Below, piece by piece: positions 36,166 through 45,356 of a DNA stretch of 64,000 nt. The translations under genes were made by a program, and so were the position numbers. The stretch is from NCBI GenBank assembly GCA_036522835.1, contig DATDFB010000057.1, forward strand, positions 3,906 to 67,905. Direction: 5' to 3'. This stretch comes from Thermoanaerobaculia bacterium (GTDB lineage: Bacteria; Acidobacteriota; Thermoanaerobaculia; Gp7-AA8). The notes beneath the pieces are model-generated. The model was not told the origin of the DNA and did not search any database. It saw only the letters and a list, made by a program, of their open reading frames with translations. Each line of letters begins with the position of its first letter. The first letter of the stretch is position 1.

Positions 36166-37332
36166 GTGGAATTCGACATCTTCTTCTCGATCTGCCAGAC
36201 GGAGGTCGACGGGTATCTGCCCGACGAGCGAACGATGTTCGCGAATTTCTTCGAGCAGGTCGAGCTCGCCGACCGTCTCGGCTTCGGCACGGCGTGGGTG
36301 GCGGAGAGCCATCTTTCGACCGAGGTGCAGAAGACCAATCCCGGCGCGGTCATTCCGCACTTCGTCGGGGAGATCGGGCTCAACACCGACATCCTGCAGC
36401 TCGCGCACCGCGTCTTCGCGCGCACGAAGCGGATCGGCGTCGGCTCAGCGATCCTGAACATCCTCTGCAACGGCGGGCCGATTGCGCATGCGGAGCGGAT
36501 CAAGACGTTCCTGGCTTTGCACGGGCTCGACCCCGAGGAGCGGCGCACGCTGACGATCGGCTTCGCCTCGGGGCGCTTCCCGTTCATCAACGTGCCGTAC
36601 GGCGTCGTGCCGCGGAATCCGGTCGAGAGCGCGGCGTGGCCCGTGGTCAAGAACAAGATTTTCGAAGAGGCGACGGAGATTTTTCTCCGCCTGCTCAAAG
36701 GGGAGACGCTCAACTCGACGATGATCGCCCCGCGCGTGCTGCGGCGCGGCGACTTCCGCTCCGAGGAGGACTGGCAGCGCGTGCTCGAAGCGCACGGGCA
36801 GTACGTCGACGACGTGCCGCTCGCGCCACGCTGGACGTTCCCGAACCTGAAGATCGTTCCGCAGGAGTCGCGCATGGACCTCCTGCGACTCTCCATCGGG
36901 TCGCACGACCCGGCGCTGCAGGCGTTCGCGAACACGTTCCTGCCGGTCGGCGTCTTCAATCTCTCCATCACGCCGGGAAAAGAGATCGAGGAGACGAACC
37001 GTCGGATGCTGACGCAGTACCACGGCGGCGGATGGGAGCGGCGCCTCATGCCGCGCACGGTGCTCGTTTTTCCGAACGAGGCGGAGGCGACGACGGCGCT
37101 CTCGAACTACTGGCGCGCGCTGGAGGGGACGCTCGACGAGGAAAAGGTGCGCCGGGCCACGAACAACGCGCTCGTCGGCGACGCCGGGACGATCGCGCGG
37201 CAGATGCGGGAACGCTTCGATCCCGCGGACCGTTTGATGCTCTGGTTCGACTTCAACAACCACGACTCCAAGCGCGTGATGCAGAGCATGGACGACTTCA
37301 TGACCAAGGTGGCGCCGAGCTTCGCCGGATGA
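36166..37332 (+). CDS. LLM-class flavin-dependent oxidoreductase (luciferase-like)
   Basis: 388 aa TIM-barrel LLM family, FGTAWVAESHL. Confidence 0.8.
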   Translation: MEFDIFFSICQTEVDGYLPDERTMFANFFEQVELADRLGFGTAWVAESHLSTEVQKTNPGAVIPHFVGEIGLNTDILQLAHRVFARTKRIGVGSAILNILCNGGPIAHAERIKTFLALHGLDPEERRTLTIGFASGRFPFINVPYGVVPRNPVESAAWPVVKNKIFEEATEIFLRLLKGETLNSTMIAPRVLRRGDFRSEEDWQRVLEAHGQYVDDVPLAPRWTFPNLKIVPQESRMDLLRLSIGSHDPALQAFANTFLPVGVFNLSITPGKEIEETNRRMLTQYHGGGWERRLMPRTVLVFPNEAEATTALSNYWRALEGTLDEEKVRRATNNALVGDAGTIARQMRERFDPADRLMLWFDFNNHDSKRVMQSMDDFMTKVAPSFAG

Positions 37333-39167
37333 TCCGCCGCACGCTGCTGCTCTTCGCCGCCAATCTCGTGCTCTTCACGCTGCTGCGGGTGGCGTTTCTC
37401 CTGGTCTTCGGCCATCGCCTGGCCGGGAACGATCTTCTGCGCGCCTTTTACCTCGGATTGAAATTCGACGCGCGGCTGGCGGCGCTGGTCGTCGCGCCGA
37501 TCGCGATTTTCGGCACGCGCCGCGCGGCGACGATCGTCTTCGCAATCTTCGAGCTCATCGTCCTCCTCTGCTACGCCATCGACTTCGGCTCGTACGCGTA
37601 CGTCCACCAGCGCGTGAACGCCAGCGAGCTGGAGTTCCTCCGCAATCCGCTGATCTCGCTGCACATGGTGTGGGAGTCGTACCACGTCGTCTGGTTCGGG
37701 CTGGGCATCCTGCTGTTCCTCGCGGCGCTCGTGTTCGCGCTGCGCGGCGGCGACGTGTCATCCCGAGCGCAGCGAGGGATCCCCCGCGACCCGCTCTGGC
37801 AGCGCATCGCCCTCATCGTCTTTCTTCTGGCGTGCATCTACGGCAAGGCCTCGCGCTACCCGCTGCGCTGGAGCGACGCCTACGTCGCACGCGATCCCTT
37901 CGCCGCGGAGCTCGCGCTCAACCCGCCGCAGTTCCTCTTCGAGACGATGCGCGAGGAGCCGGTGAAGCTCGACGAGAACCGCGTGCGGCGGCTCTACCCG
38001 GTCATGGCCGCGTATGCCGGAGTCGATCGCCCCGATCCGAAATCGCTGTCGCTGGCGCGCACGCCGAGGCTCTTTCCGCAGACCACCGGGGCGCCCAACG
38101 TCGTCGTCATCCAGCTCGAGTCCTTCGCGGCGTTCAAGAGCGGCGCGTTCGGCAACCGCGCCAACGGCTGCCCGAACGTCGACCGCCTGGCGCGCGAGGG
38201 GCTGCTCTTCACGAACTACTACTCCCCCTCGGAGAAGACCGCGCGCGCGCTCTATGCCGCCGTCTTCGGCATGGCCGACGTGAGCCCGTGGCAGGCCGCC
38301 GGCAACAACCCCATGGCGGTCGACCAGTACACGATCATCAACGCCTTCCGCGGCTACGAGAAGTATTTCTTCCTCGGCGGGAGCGCGAACTGGTCGAACA
38401 TCCGCGGGATGCTCGCGCACAATATCGACGGACTGAAGATCTTCGAGGAAGGCTCGTACAAAGCGAAGCCGGTCGACGTCTGGGGCGTGACGGACGAAGA
38501 GGTGTTCCTCACGGCGAGCGACGAGCTCTCGAAACAGCGCAAGCCATTCTTCGCGCTGATCCTGACCTCCGGCAATCACCGCCCCTACACCGTGCCGAAG
38601 GAGACGCACGGCTACGCGCGCGAGATCCTGTCGAACGAAGACCTGCGCGCGAACGGCTTCGAGTCGAACGACGAGTACAACTCCTTCCGCTACCTCGACC
38701 ACGCCGTCGGCCTCTTTTTCGAGAAGGCCGAGAAGGAGCCGTGGTTCAAGAACACCGTCTTTGTTCTCTACGGCGACCACGGCACGCGCACCGGCGCGCC
38801 CGGCGAAGCGCTCACGCTCGGCGACCTCTCGCTCATCGTCTACCACGTGCCGATGATCATCTACGCGCCCGGCTTCAACGTGCCGCCGCGCAGGATCGAC
38901 ATCGCCGCGAGCCACATGGACCTGATGCCGACGATCGCGAGCTTTTGCGGAGTGCCGTACCGCAATCAGACGCTGGGCATCGATCTCTTCGATCCGAATT
39001 CCGCCGGACACTCGGCAGCGTTCGTTTTTACAACGTTTCGCCAGCCGCCCACCCTCGGCCTGGTCGAAGGCGCGCGCTACACGATCGTAAAATCGGGGAC
39101 GAGCAACACCCTTCCGGAAGCGTTTTATGAGTTTTCTCGTTGGCTGATGCTGCACAATAAACCGTAA
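37329..39167 (+). CDS. LTA-synthase/phosphoglycerol-transferase family sulfatase-like membrane protein
   Basis: ATGA-coupled; N-terminal 5 TM + extracytoplasmic alkaline-phosphatase-superfamily domain (VVVIQLESF...YGDHG). Confidence 0.78.
   Translation: MIRRTLLLFAANLVLFTLLRVAFLLVFGHRLAGNDLLRAFYLGLKFDARLAALVVAPIAIFGTRRAATIVFAIFELIVLLCYAIDFGSYAYVHQRVNASELEFLRNPLISLHMVWESYHVVWFGLGILLFLAALVFALRGGDVSSRAQRGIPRDPLWQRIALIVFLLACIYGKASRYPLRWSDAYVARDPFAAELALNPPQFLFETMREEPVKLDENRVRRLYPVMAAYAGVDRPDPKSLSLARTPRLFPQTTGAPNVVVIQLESFAAFKSGAFGNRANGCPNVDRLAREGLLFTNYYSPSEKTARALYAAVFGMADVSPWQAAGNNPMAVDQYTIINAFRGYEKYFFLGGSANWSNIRGMLAHNIDGLKIFEEGSYKAKPVDVWGVTDEEVFLTASDELSKQRKPFFALILTSGNHRPYTVPKETHGYAREILSNEDLRANGFESNDEYNSFRYLDHAVGLFFEKAEKEPWFKNTVFVLYGDHGTRTGAPGEALTLGDLSLIVYHVPMIIYAPGFNVPPRRIDIAASHMDLMPTIASFCGVPYRNQTLGIDLFDPNSAGHSAAFVFTTFRQPPTLGLVEGARYTIVKSGTSNTLPEAFYEFSRWLMLHNKP
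37757..37787. repeat. half copy of family 2 element inside LtaS-like CDS
   Basis: gtcatcccgagcgcagcgagggatccccc encodes VSSRAQRGIP in frame in a loop of the TM domain. Confidence 0.55.
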
Positions 39168-39177
39168 TCGCAAACGA

Positions 39178-39207
39178 CAGCGGCGGCATGGCCGCCGCAC
39201 TCCACAA
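39178..39207. repeat. family 3 repeat, single-hairpin copy (CAGCGGCGGCATGGCCGCCG-CACTCCACA)
   Basis: Ends at the A of hflX ATG. Confidence 0.6.
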
Positions 39208-40460
39208 TGCCTGAAACTGCCATCGCCGTAGGACTTCTCCTGCCGGACACATCGCGTACCGTCGCCGACGAGCACCTCGACGAGCTCGAGAAACTGATCG
39301 AGACGGCCGGCGGCAACGTCGTCGCCAAAATGCTGGCCCGCCGCCCCGCGCCCGATCCCGCCACCTTCGTCGGCAAGGGGAAGGCGGAAGAGATCAAGGT
39401 CATCGCCGAGAATCACGGCGCGCAGCTCGTGGTCTTCGACGACGACTTGAGCCCCGCGCAGGTGCGCAACCTCGAGAAGATCACGGGCGTCAAGGTCATC
39501 GACCGCAGCGGCCTCATTCTCGACATCTTCGCCGGCCGCGCGCGCAGCCGCGAGGCGCGCACGCAGGTGGAGCTGGCGCAGCTCGAGTACACGCTGCCGC
39601 GCCTCACCCGCGCCTGGACGCACCTGGAGCGGCAGGCCGGCGGCATCGGCACGCGCGGCGTCGGCGAGACGCAGATCGAGCTCGACCGCCGCATCATCCG
39701 CAACCGCATCGCCCACCTCAAAGAAGAGCTGCGCAAGATCGAGCGGACGCGCGTCACGCAGCGCAAGGCGCGCAGCAGCGCCTTCACCGTCGCGCTGGTC
39801 GGCTACACGAATGCCGGGAAGTCGACGCTCTTCAACCAGCTCACGCGCGGCGGCGCCGAGGCGGTCGACAAGCTGTTCGCCACGCTCGATGCGAAGTCGC
39901 AGCGCGCCGCGTTCGAGATGCCGCGCGAGACCGTCGTCATCGACACCGTCGGCTTCATCCGCAAGCTGCCGCACAACCTCGTGGCCTCGTTCCGCTCGAC
40001 GATGGAGGAGGCGGTCGCCGCCGACCTCGTGCTGCACGTCATCGATGTGAGCCATCCACAGTACGAAGAGCAGCGCACCGTCGCCGAGGAAGTGTTGAAA
40101 GAGCTCGGCGTGCCGGCGGAGCGGGTCATGGAGGTCTACAACAAAGTCGACCGCGCCGAGACCATGATCCGCCGCAAGGGCGCCGTCGGCGTGTCCGCGC
40201 TGACGGGGCGGAACATCGACAAGCTGGTCGATGCCATCCGGCAGCGCGAGCTCGAAGGCGGCGAGGTCGTGCAGCTCGAGATCCCGCACTCCGAGCCGAA
40301 GCTCCTGGCGGAGCTGCACGAGACCGCGGTGGTGTACGCGCAGACGGCATCCGACGACATCACGGCCGTCACGGCGTGGCTGCCGTTCGAGGTCCTGCCG
40401 CGATTCACCGAGTACCGGCGGCCCGACGTGGCCGCCGCCGCGCGCGCGACGCTCAGGTGA
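39207..40460 (+). CDS. hflX: GTPase HflX
   Basis: 417 aa; HflX N-domain + G-domain (GYTNAGKSTLFN, DTVGF, NKVD). Confidence 0.9.
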   Translation: MPETAIAVGLLLPDTSRTVADEHLDELEKLIETAGGNVVAKMLARRPAPDPATFVGKGKAEEIKVIAENHGAQLVVFDDDLSPAQVRNLEKITGVKVIDRSGLILDIFAGRARSREARTQVELAQLEYTLPRLTRAWTHLERQAGGIGTRGVGETQIELDRRIIRNRIAHLKEELRKIERTRVTQRKARSSAFTVALVGYTNAGKSTLFNQLTRGGAEAVDKLFATLDAKSQRAAFEMPRETVVIDTVGFIRKLPHNLVASFRSTMEEAVAADLVLHVIDVSHPQYEEQRTVAEEVLKELGVPAERVMEVYNKVDRAETMIRRKGAVGVSALTGRNIDKLVDAIRQRELEGGEVVQLEIPHSEPKLLAELHETAVVYAQTASDDITAVTAWLPFEVLPRFTEYRRPDVAAAARATLR

Positions 40461-41532
40461 TCGTGCGCAAGCGGTCGTTGATGACGCGCGTCCGCCCGCC
40501 GGCGTTGATGCGCAGCTCGAGACCCGGCTTGCCGTCCAGATCGGACGCGCCGAGGTACGTCCATGCCGCGCCGGCCGTGTAGGTGAAGCTCGATCCGTCG
40601 GCATCGTGGTAGATGTCGATGGCGCTTCCCACGTTGAACACGAGATCGTTGCCGGGCCGCCCATCGGTGTCGACGGCGTCGACCAGCGTCCACCCTTTCG
40701 TGCTGACGAGGTGGCTCGTCACGGTGCCGCCGGCGTCGTGAATGATGCGAACGGCCGATCCGATGTTGAGAATCAGCTCCGCGCCCGCCTTGCCGTCGAG
40801 ATCGGCGGCGCGCATGAACTTCCACGAGCTGCCGCCGTCGTAGTCCCTCGACGCGCCCGTGCCGGCGTGAACGATCCGGATTTTGGAGCCGAGATTCAGC
40901 ACCAACTCCGCGCCCGGCAGTCCGTCGAGCTCCGCCGAGGTGACCAACGCCCACGCCGGCCCGAGAGCCGGAAAATCGACGACGCTGTTGCTGCCGTCGC
41001 GGATCACGCGGAGCGTCGATCCGAGATTCACCGCCAGCTCGGCGCCCGGCTTCCCGTCGAGCTCCGCGATCGTGACGACCGTCCAGACCGGGCCGAGATT
41101 CGCAGTATCGCTCGAGGTGCCGGCCGCGTCGTGAATGATGCGGATCGTCGAGCCGAGGTTCAGCACGAGCTCCGCGCCGGCTTTGCCGTCGGTATCCACC
41201 GTGGCGATCAGCTTCCACGCCGCCGCCGCGTTGTAGTCCTGCATCTTGCCGGTCGCGTCGCGGATCACGCGGATCTTCGCGCCGAGATTGAGCACGAGCT
41301 CCAGGCCGGGTCGGCCGTCGAGATCGGCCGCGCCCGCGAAGGCCCACCCGGCGCCGGCGGCGTACGTGTTCGACGTTCCGTTCGCGCGCTGCACGCGGAT
41401 CGTGGCGCCCTCGTTGAAGACCTTCTCGGCCGCACCGTCGCCGTTCGTGTCCCAACTGCCCATCAGGATGCTGCCGGCAGCCATGGCATCCGAGGCGAGG
41501 AGAAAGAGGGTCAGGAGCCGGAGAAACCGCAT
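40453..41532 (-). CDS. secreted FG-GAP-like beta-propeller repeat protein
   Basis: Signal peptide MRFLRLLTLFLLASDAMAAG; nine ~37-aa repeats (ADLDGKPGAELVLNLGSxIRIIHDAxG...). 8-nt convergent overlap with hflX. Confidence 0.6.
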   Translation of the reverse strand: MRFLRLLTLFLLASDAMAAGSILMGSWDTNGDGAAEKVFNEGATIRVQRANGTSNTYAAGAGWAFAGAADLDGRPGLELVLNLGAKIRVIRDATGKMQDYNAAAAWKLIATVDTDGKAGAELVLNLGSTIRIIHDAAGTSSDTANLGPVWTVVTIAELDGKPGAELAVNLGSTLRVIRDGSNSVVDFPALGPAWALVTSAELDGLPGAELVLNLGSKIRIVHAGTGASRDYDGGSSWKFMRAADLDGKAGAELILNIGSAVRIIHDAGGTVTSHLVSTKGWTLVDAVDTDGRPGNDLVFNVGSAIDIYHDADGSSFTYTAGAAWTYLGASDLDGKPGLELRINAGGRTRVINDRLRTIT

Positions 41533-41599
41533 CGAAACTCCTGTCGTTTCGTACAGATGACGTCGCGCGCGGCCCAAACGTGATAGGAATCAGGAAGCG

Positions 41600-42088
41600 A
41601 TGAAAATCCGTCCAGCCGAGGCGAAGGACCGCCCGCGCATCCGCGAGATCCTCGTTGCCACGGCGCGATTCACGGACGACGAGATCCGCGCCGCGGTCGA
41701 GCTCGTCGACCACTACCTCGACCATCCCGCCCGCTCCGAATACCTCACCTTCGTTCTCGAGTCGCCCGAGAGCGGCCCCAGCCGCCAGGTGCAGGGCTAC
41801 GTCACTTACGGCGCTACGCCGAAGACCGAGGGCGTGTTCGATCTCTACTGGATCGCCGTCGACCCGCGGCACCAGGGGCAGGGCTTCGGACAGCTTCTTC
41901 TACGCTTCGTAGAGAACGAAGTGCGCCGGCACCGAGGCAGAATGTTGCTCATCGAGACCTCGTCGAAGGAAAGTTATTCGTCGACGTTGCGCTTTTACCA
42001 ACGCAGCGGTTACGACGAGATCTCGCGAATTAAAGACTTCTACCGCATCGAGTGCGACAAAATCGTCTTCTGTAAGAAATTCGCATGA
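41600..42088 (+). CDS. GNAT family N-acetyltransferase
   Basis: 162 aa; HQGQGFGQLLL acetyl-CoA binding motif. Confidence 0.8.
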   Translation: MKIRPAEAKDRPRIREILVATARFTDDEIRAAVELVDHYLDHPARSEYLTFVLESPESGPSRQVQGYVTYGATPKTEGVFDLYWIAVDPRHQGQGFGQLLLRFVENEVRRHRGRMLLIETSSKESYSSTLRFYQRSGYDEISRIKDFYRIECDKIVFCKKFA

Positions 42089-42873
42089 GCCCGAACCTGA
42101 CCCTTTACGCCGCACTCGGCCTCTACGCCGCCGGCACGCTGATGGCCTTGGCGTCGCTGTTCGGGCGGCGTTTGCAGACGCCGGCGCTGGTGCTGATGCT
42201 GGCCGGGTTCGTCAGCCACACGGTCTGGATCGGGACGATTTGCGTGCGCACGCACCACCCGCCGCTCACGAACCTGCCGGAGATCGCGGCGTTCCTGTCG
42301 TGGACGGTGTTCGTCGTGGAGCTGGTGCTGCTGTTCAAGTACCGCGTGCACGCGGCGTCGTTCTTCGTCTACCCGCTCGTGCTGATGCTCCTGACCGTCT
42401 CGGCCGTCGTGCACGAGCCGTTCGCGCTGGCCGGCCCGACGGCGCAGTCGAAGCTCTTCACGACGCACATCCTCCTCTCGACGGTCGGCGTGGCCGCACT
42501 GCTCATCGGCGTCGCGTTCAATGCGCTGGCCTGGATGCAAGACCGGTCGCTCAAGTCGAAGCACCGCGGGCGGACGTGGGAGTGGATCCCGAGCCTCAAC
42601 GTCTGCAAGACGCTGAGTTACCGGGCGCTGGCCGTCGGCTTCAGCATCTACACGCTCGGGATTCTGACGGGGATTCTCTGGTCCTACCGCACGACTTCGG
42701 AGCTGCTCGACCTGCGCGTCAAGCAGGTCGGCGCGATCGTGGCGTGGGTGCTCTTCGCAACGCTCCTGCAGTCGTACGTCAGCGGCGCGTATCGCGCGCG
42801 GAGGGCCATGGTGATCTCGGCCTGCGCGCTCGTGGCGGTGCTCGTGGCCATTTTGGGGATCCGGCATGTCTGA
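42085..42873 (+). CDS. CcsA-like cytochrome c assembly / HemX-like membrane protein
   Basis: 8 TM, W-rich segment; positioned immediately upstream of hemA as in hemAXCD operons. Confidence 0.65.
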   Translation: MSPNLTLYAALGLYAAGTLMALASLFGRRLQTPALVLMLAGFVSHTVWIGTICVRTHHPPLTNLPEIAAFLSWTVFVVELVLLFKYRVHAASFFVYPLVLMLLTVSAVVHEPFALAGPTAQSKLFTTHILLSTVGVAALLIGVAFNALAWMQDRSLKSKHRGRTWEWIPSLNVCKTLSYRALAVGFSIYTLGILTGILWSYRTTSELLDLRVKQVGAIVAWVLFATLLQSYVSGAYRARRAMVISACALVAVLVAILGIRHV

Positions 42874-43079
42874 GCAGAACGCTCGCACTCTGCCAACGCT
42901 CGGGAGAACGACCGGGAGGCCTCCGGCGGGCGGGCACGGCCCGCAGCGTTTGTTGGCGCGCAAATCATGTTTCCTGCGAAACCCGTACGTTCGGCCGGAG
43001 GCAACCAGCGCTGCGGGCCGCGCCCGCCCGCCGGAGGCCCTTCGTCGTCCCCTGCGTTGGCAGAGTGCGAGCGTTCTGC
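42874..43079. promoter_or_regulatory. 206-nt nested perfect-stem hairpin element filling the hemX-hemA gap
   Basis: Outer 26-bp arms gcagaacgctcgcactctgccaacgc / gcgttggcagagtgcgagcgttctgc; inner arms gggaggcctccggcgggcgggc / gcccgcccgccggaggccc; third stem cggcccgcagcg / cgctgcgggccg. Confidence 0.6.
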
Positions 43080-43092
43080 ACGGGAGGGCGAC

Positions 43093-44355
43093 ATGGCCCT
43101 GATCGCCATCGGCCTCAACCACCGCACTGCCCCCGTGGACGTGCGCGAGCGGCTCAGCGTGGCCGAGTCGAAGCTGCCGGAGTTGATCGCGAGCCTCACG
43201 GCCATGAGCGGCGTCGACGGCGGCGCCATCGTCTCGACCTGCAACCGCGTCGAGACCTACGTCTCCGCCTCGAGCGAAGACATCATCGAAGCGGTCGTCG
43301 ACTGGCTCGCCGAGCGCGCCGGCGCCGACCGGGCCGAGATCGAGAAGCACCTCTACATCCTTCGCCACGGCGACGTGGTCAAGCACCTCTTCCGCGTGGC
43401 CGCGGGGCTCGACTCGATGATTGTCGGCGAGCCGCAGATCCACGGCCAGGTGCGCGCGGCGTTCCTGGAGTCGCAGCGCTGCGGCGCGCTCGACGCACTG
43501 CTGATGCACGTCTTCGAGCAGACCATGCGCGTGGCCAAGAAGATCCGCACCGACACCGGCATCGGCGAGCACGCCGTCTCCGTGCCGTACGCCGCGGTGG
43601 AGCTGGCGAAGAAGATCTTCGGCGAGCTCGACGGCCTGCAGGCGCTGCTCCTCGGCGCGGGCGACATCGGCGAGCTAACGGCGGAGCACCTCGCGGGCTC
43701 GGGTGTGCGCCAGATCTTCGTGGCCAACCGCGCCTACGAGCGCGGCGTGCAGCTCGCCGAGCGCTTCGGCGGCGCGGCCATCCAGTTCAGCGCTGTCGAG
43801 CCGTACCTGGCCACGTGCGACATCGTCATCGCCTCGACCGCAGCGCCGCACTTCGTCATCGAGCGCGGCCAGGTCGCGCGCGCGCTGGAGTCGCGGAAGA
43901 TGAAGAACCTCTTCCTCATCGACCTGAGCGTGCCGCGCAACATCGACCCGGCCATCGCCAAGGTCGAGGGCGCCTATCTCTACAACATCGACGACCTCCA
44001 GCTCGTGGCCGAGTCGAACCGCGAGCTGCGCATGAAGAAGGCCCAGCAGGCGGAGGAGATCGTGGCGCGCGAGGTGGAGTCGTTCCGCCGCCGCATCGCC
44101 GCCATGGACGCGGTGCCGACGATCGTCGAGCTGCAGCAGCGCCTCGAGGAGATCCGCGCCACGGAGCTGGAACGGTGCCTCCGCCGCGTCGGCCCGATCA
44201 CCGCCGAGCAGCGCGAGGCCATCGAGATGATGACCACGCAGATGGTCAACAAGATCCTCCACTACCCGATCCTCCAGCTCAAGGAAGCCGACGAGCCGCA
44301 GGAGCAGCGCGAGTCGCTCCGCAAGACGATTCGAAAGATCTTCGGGCTGCGATGA
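43093..44355 (+). CDS. hemA: glutamyl-tRNA reductase
   Basis: MALIAIGLNHRTAPVDVRERL ... CNRVE ... 420 aa. Confidence 0.92.
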   Translation: MALIAIGLNHRTAPVDVRERLSVAESKLPELIASLTAMSGVDGGAIVSTCNRVETYVSASSEDIIEAVVDWLAERAGADRAEIEKHLYILRHGDVVKHLFRVAAGLDSMIVGEPQIHGQVRAAFLESQRCGALDALLMHVFEQTMRVAKKIRTDTGIGEHAVSVPYAAVELAKKIFGELDGLQALLLGAGDIGELTAEHLAGSGVRQIFVANRAYERGVQLAERFGGAAIQFSAVEPYLATCDIVIASTAAPHFVIERGQVARALESRKMKNLFLIDLSVPRNIDPAIAKVEGAYLYNIDDLQLVAESNRELRMKKAQQAEEIVAREVESFRRRIAAMDAVPTIVELQQRLEEIRATELERCLRRVGPITAEQREAIEMMTTQMVNKILHYPILQLKEADEPQEQRESLRKTIRKIFGLR

Positions 44356-45356
44356 GCGAGACAATCCGCATCGGCACGCGCGGCAGCCAACTCGCGCTCT
44401 GGCAAGCCAACGAAGTGTCGAACCGGCTCAGCGAAATCGGCTACCGGCCGGAGATCGCGGTCATCAAGACGACGGGCGACAAGCGCACCGACGTGCCGCT
44501 GTCGTCGGTCGGCGGCAAGGGCCTCTTCATCAAGGAGCTCGAGGAGGCGCTGGCGCGGCGCGAGATCGATGTGGCCGTGCACTCGCTCAAGGACGTGCCG
44601 TCGCTCGTCCCCGAGCCGTTCGTGCTGGCCGGCTTCCTCGAGCGCGCCGACGCCCGCGACGCCTGGGTGCAGCTCGACGGCACGCGCATCGAGGAGCTGG
44701 CTGCAGGCGCGGTCGTCGGCACGAGCGCGCCGCGGCGGCGCGCGCAACTGCGGCTGCTCTTTCCGTCGCTCACGCTCGAGGAGATGCGCGGCAACGTCGA
44801 CACGCGCATCAATAAACTGCGCGCCGGCTTGTACGACGGCGCGGTGCTGGCGTCGGCCGGACTCATTCGACTCGGCCGTTCCAGCGAGATCACCGCGCAG
44901 TTCGACGTCGACCAGATGGTGCCGGCCGCGGGGCAGGGCATCGTCACGATCGAGTGCAACAAAGACGACGATCGCGCGCGCCAGGCCGCCGCGGCGATCA
45001 ACCACCATCCCAGCGAGGCCGCGGCGCGCGCCGAGCGCGGCGTGCTGCAGAAGTTCGGCGAGGCGCTCGACTGCTACTCCGCCGTGGCCGTGCATGCGAC
45101 GTGGGCCCGTGTCATTCCGCGTCGCGAAGACGGCGAGGAGTCCCGTGCACACGACGACGGCGATGCTCCGTCGGCAGGAGATCCTTCGCCGTCTTCGCGG
45201 CTCGGGATGACACGTCTCAAGATCCGCGCGTTCTTCGGCGAGCTCGAAGGCGAGCGCCATTTGCACGTCACGCGCGAAGGCGACGAGGCCGACGCCGTCG
45301 TGCAGCAAGTCTTCGACGAGCTCGTCGACCGCGGAGCCATGGAGCTGCTCAAGTGA
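44352..45356 (+). CDS. hemC: hydroxymethylbilane synthase (porphobilinogen deaminase), with in-frame repeat insertion
   Basis: IRIGTRGSQLALWQA; 334 aa, ~35 aa longer than typical HemC because of insertion 45111-45213; ATGA-coupled to hemA. Confidence 0.9.
   Translation: MSETIRIGTRGSQLALWQANEVSNRLSEIGYRPEIAVIKTTGDKRTDVPLSSVGGKGLFIKELEEALARREIDVAVHSLKDVPSLVPEPFVLAGFLERADARDAWVQLDGTRIEELAAGAVVGTSAPRRRAQLRLLFPSLTLEEMRGNVDTRINKLRAGLYDGAVLASAGLIRLGRSSEITAQFDVDQMVPAAGQGIVTIECNKDDDRARQAAAAINHHPSEAAARAERGVLQKFGEALDCYSAVAVHATWARVIPRREDGEESRAHDDGDAPSAGDPSPSSRLGMTRLKIRAFFGELEGERHLHVTREGDEADAVVQQVFDELVDRGAMELLK
45111..45213. repeat. family 2 palindromic element, copy C, in frame inside hemC
   Basis: gtcattccgcgtcgcgaagacggcgaggagtccc...ggagatccttcgccgtcttcgcggctcgggatgacac encodes VIPRREDGEESRAHDDGDAPSAGDPSPSSRLGMT. 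Confidence 0.8.
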
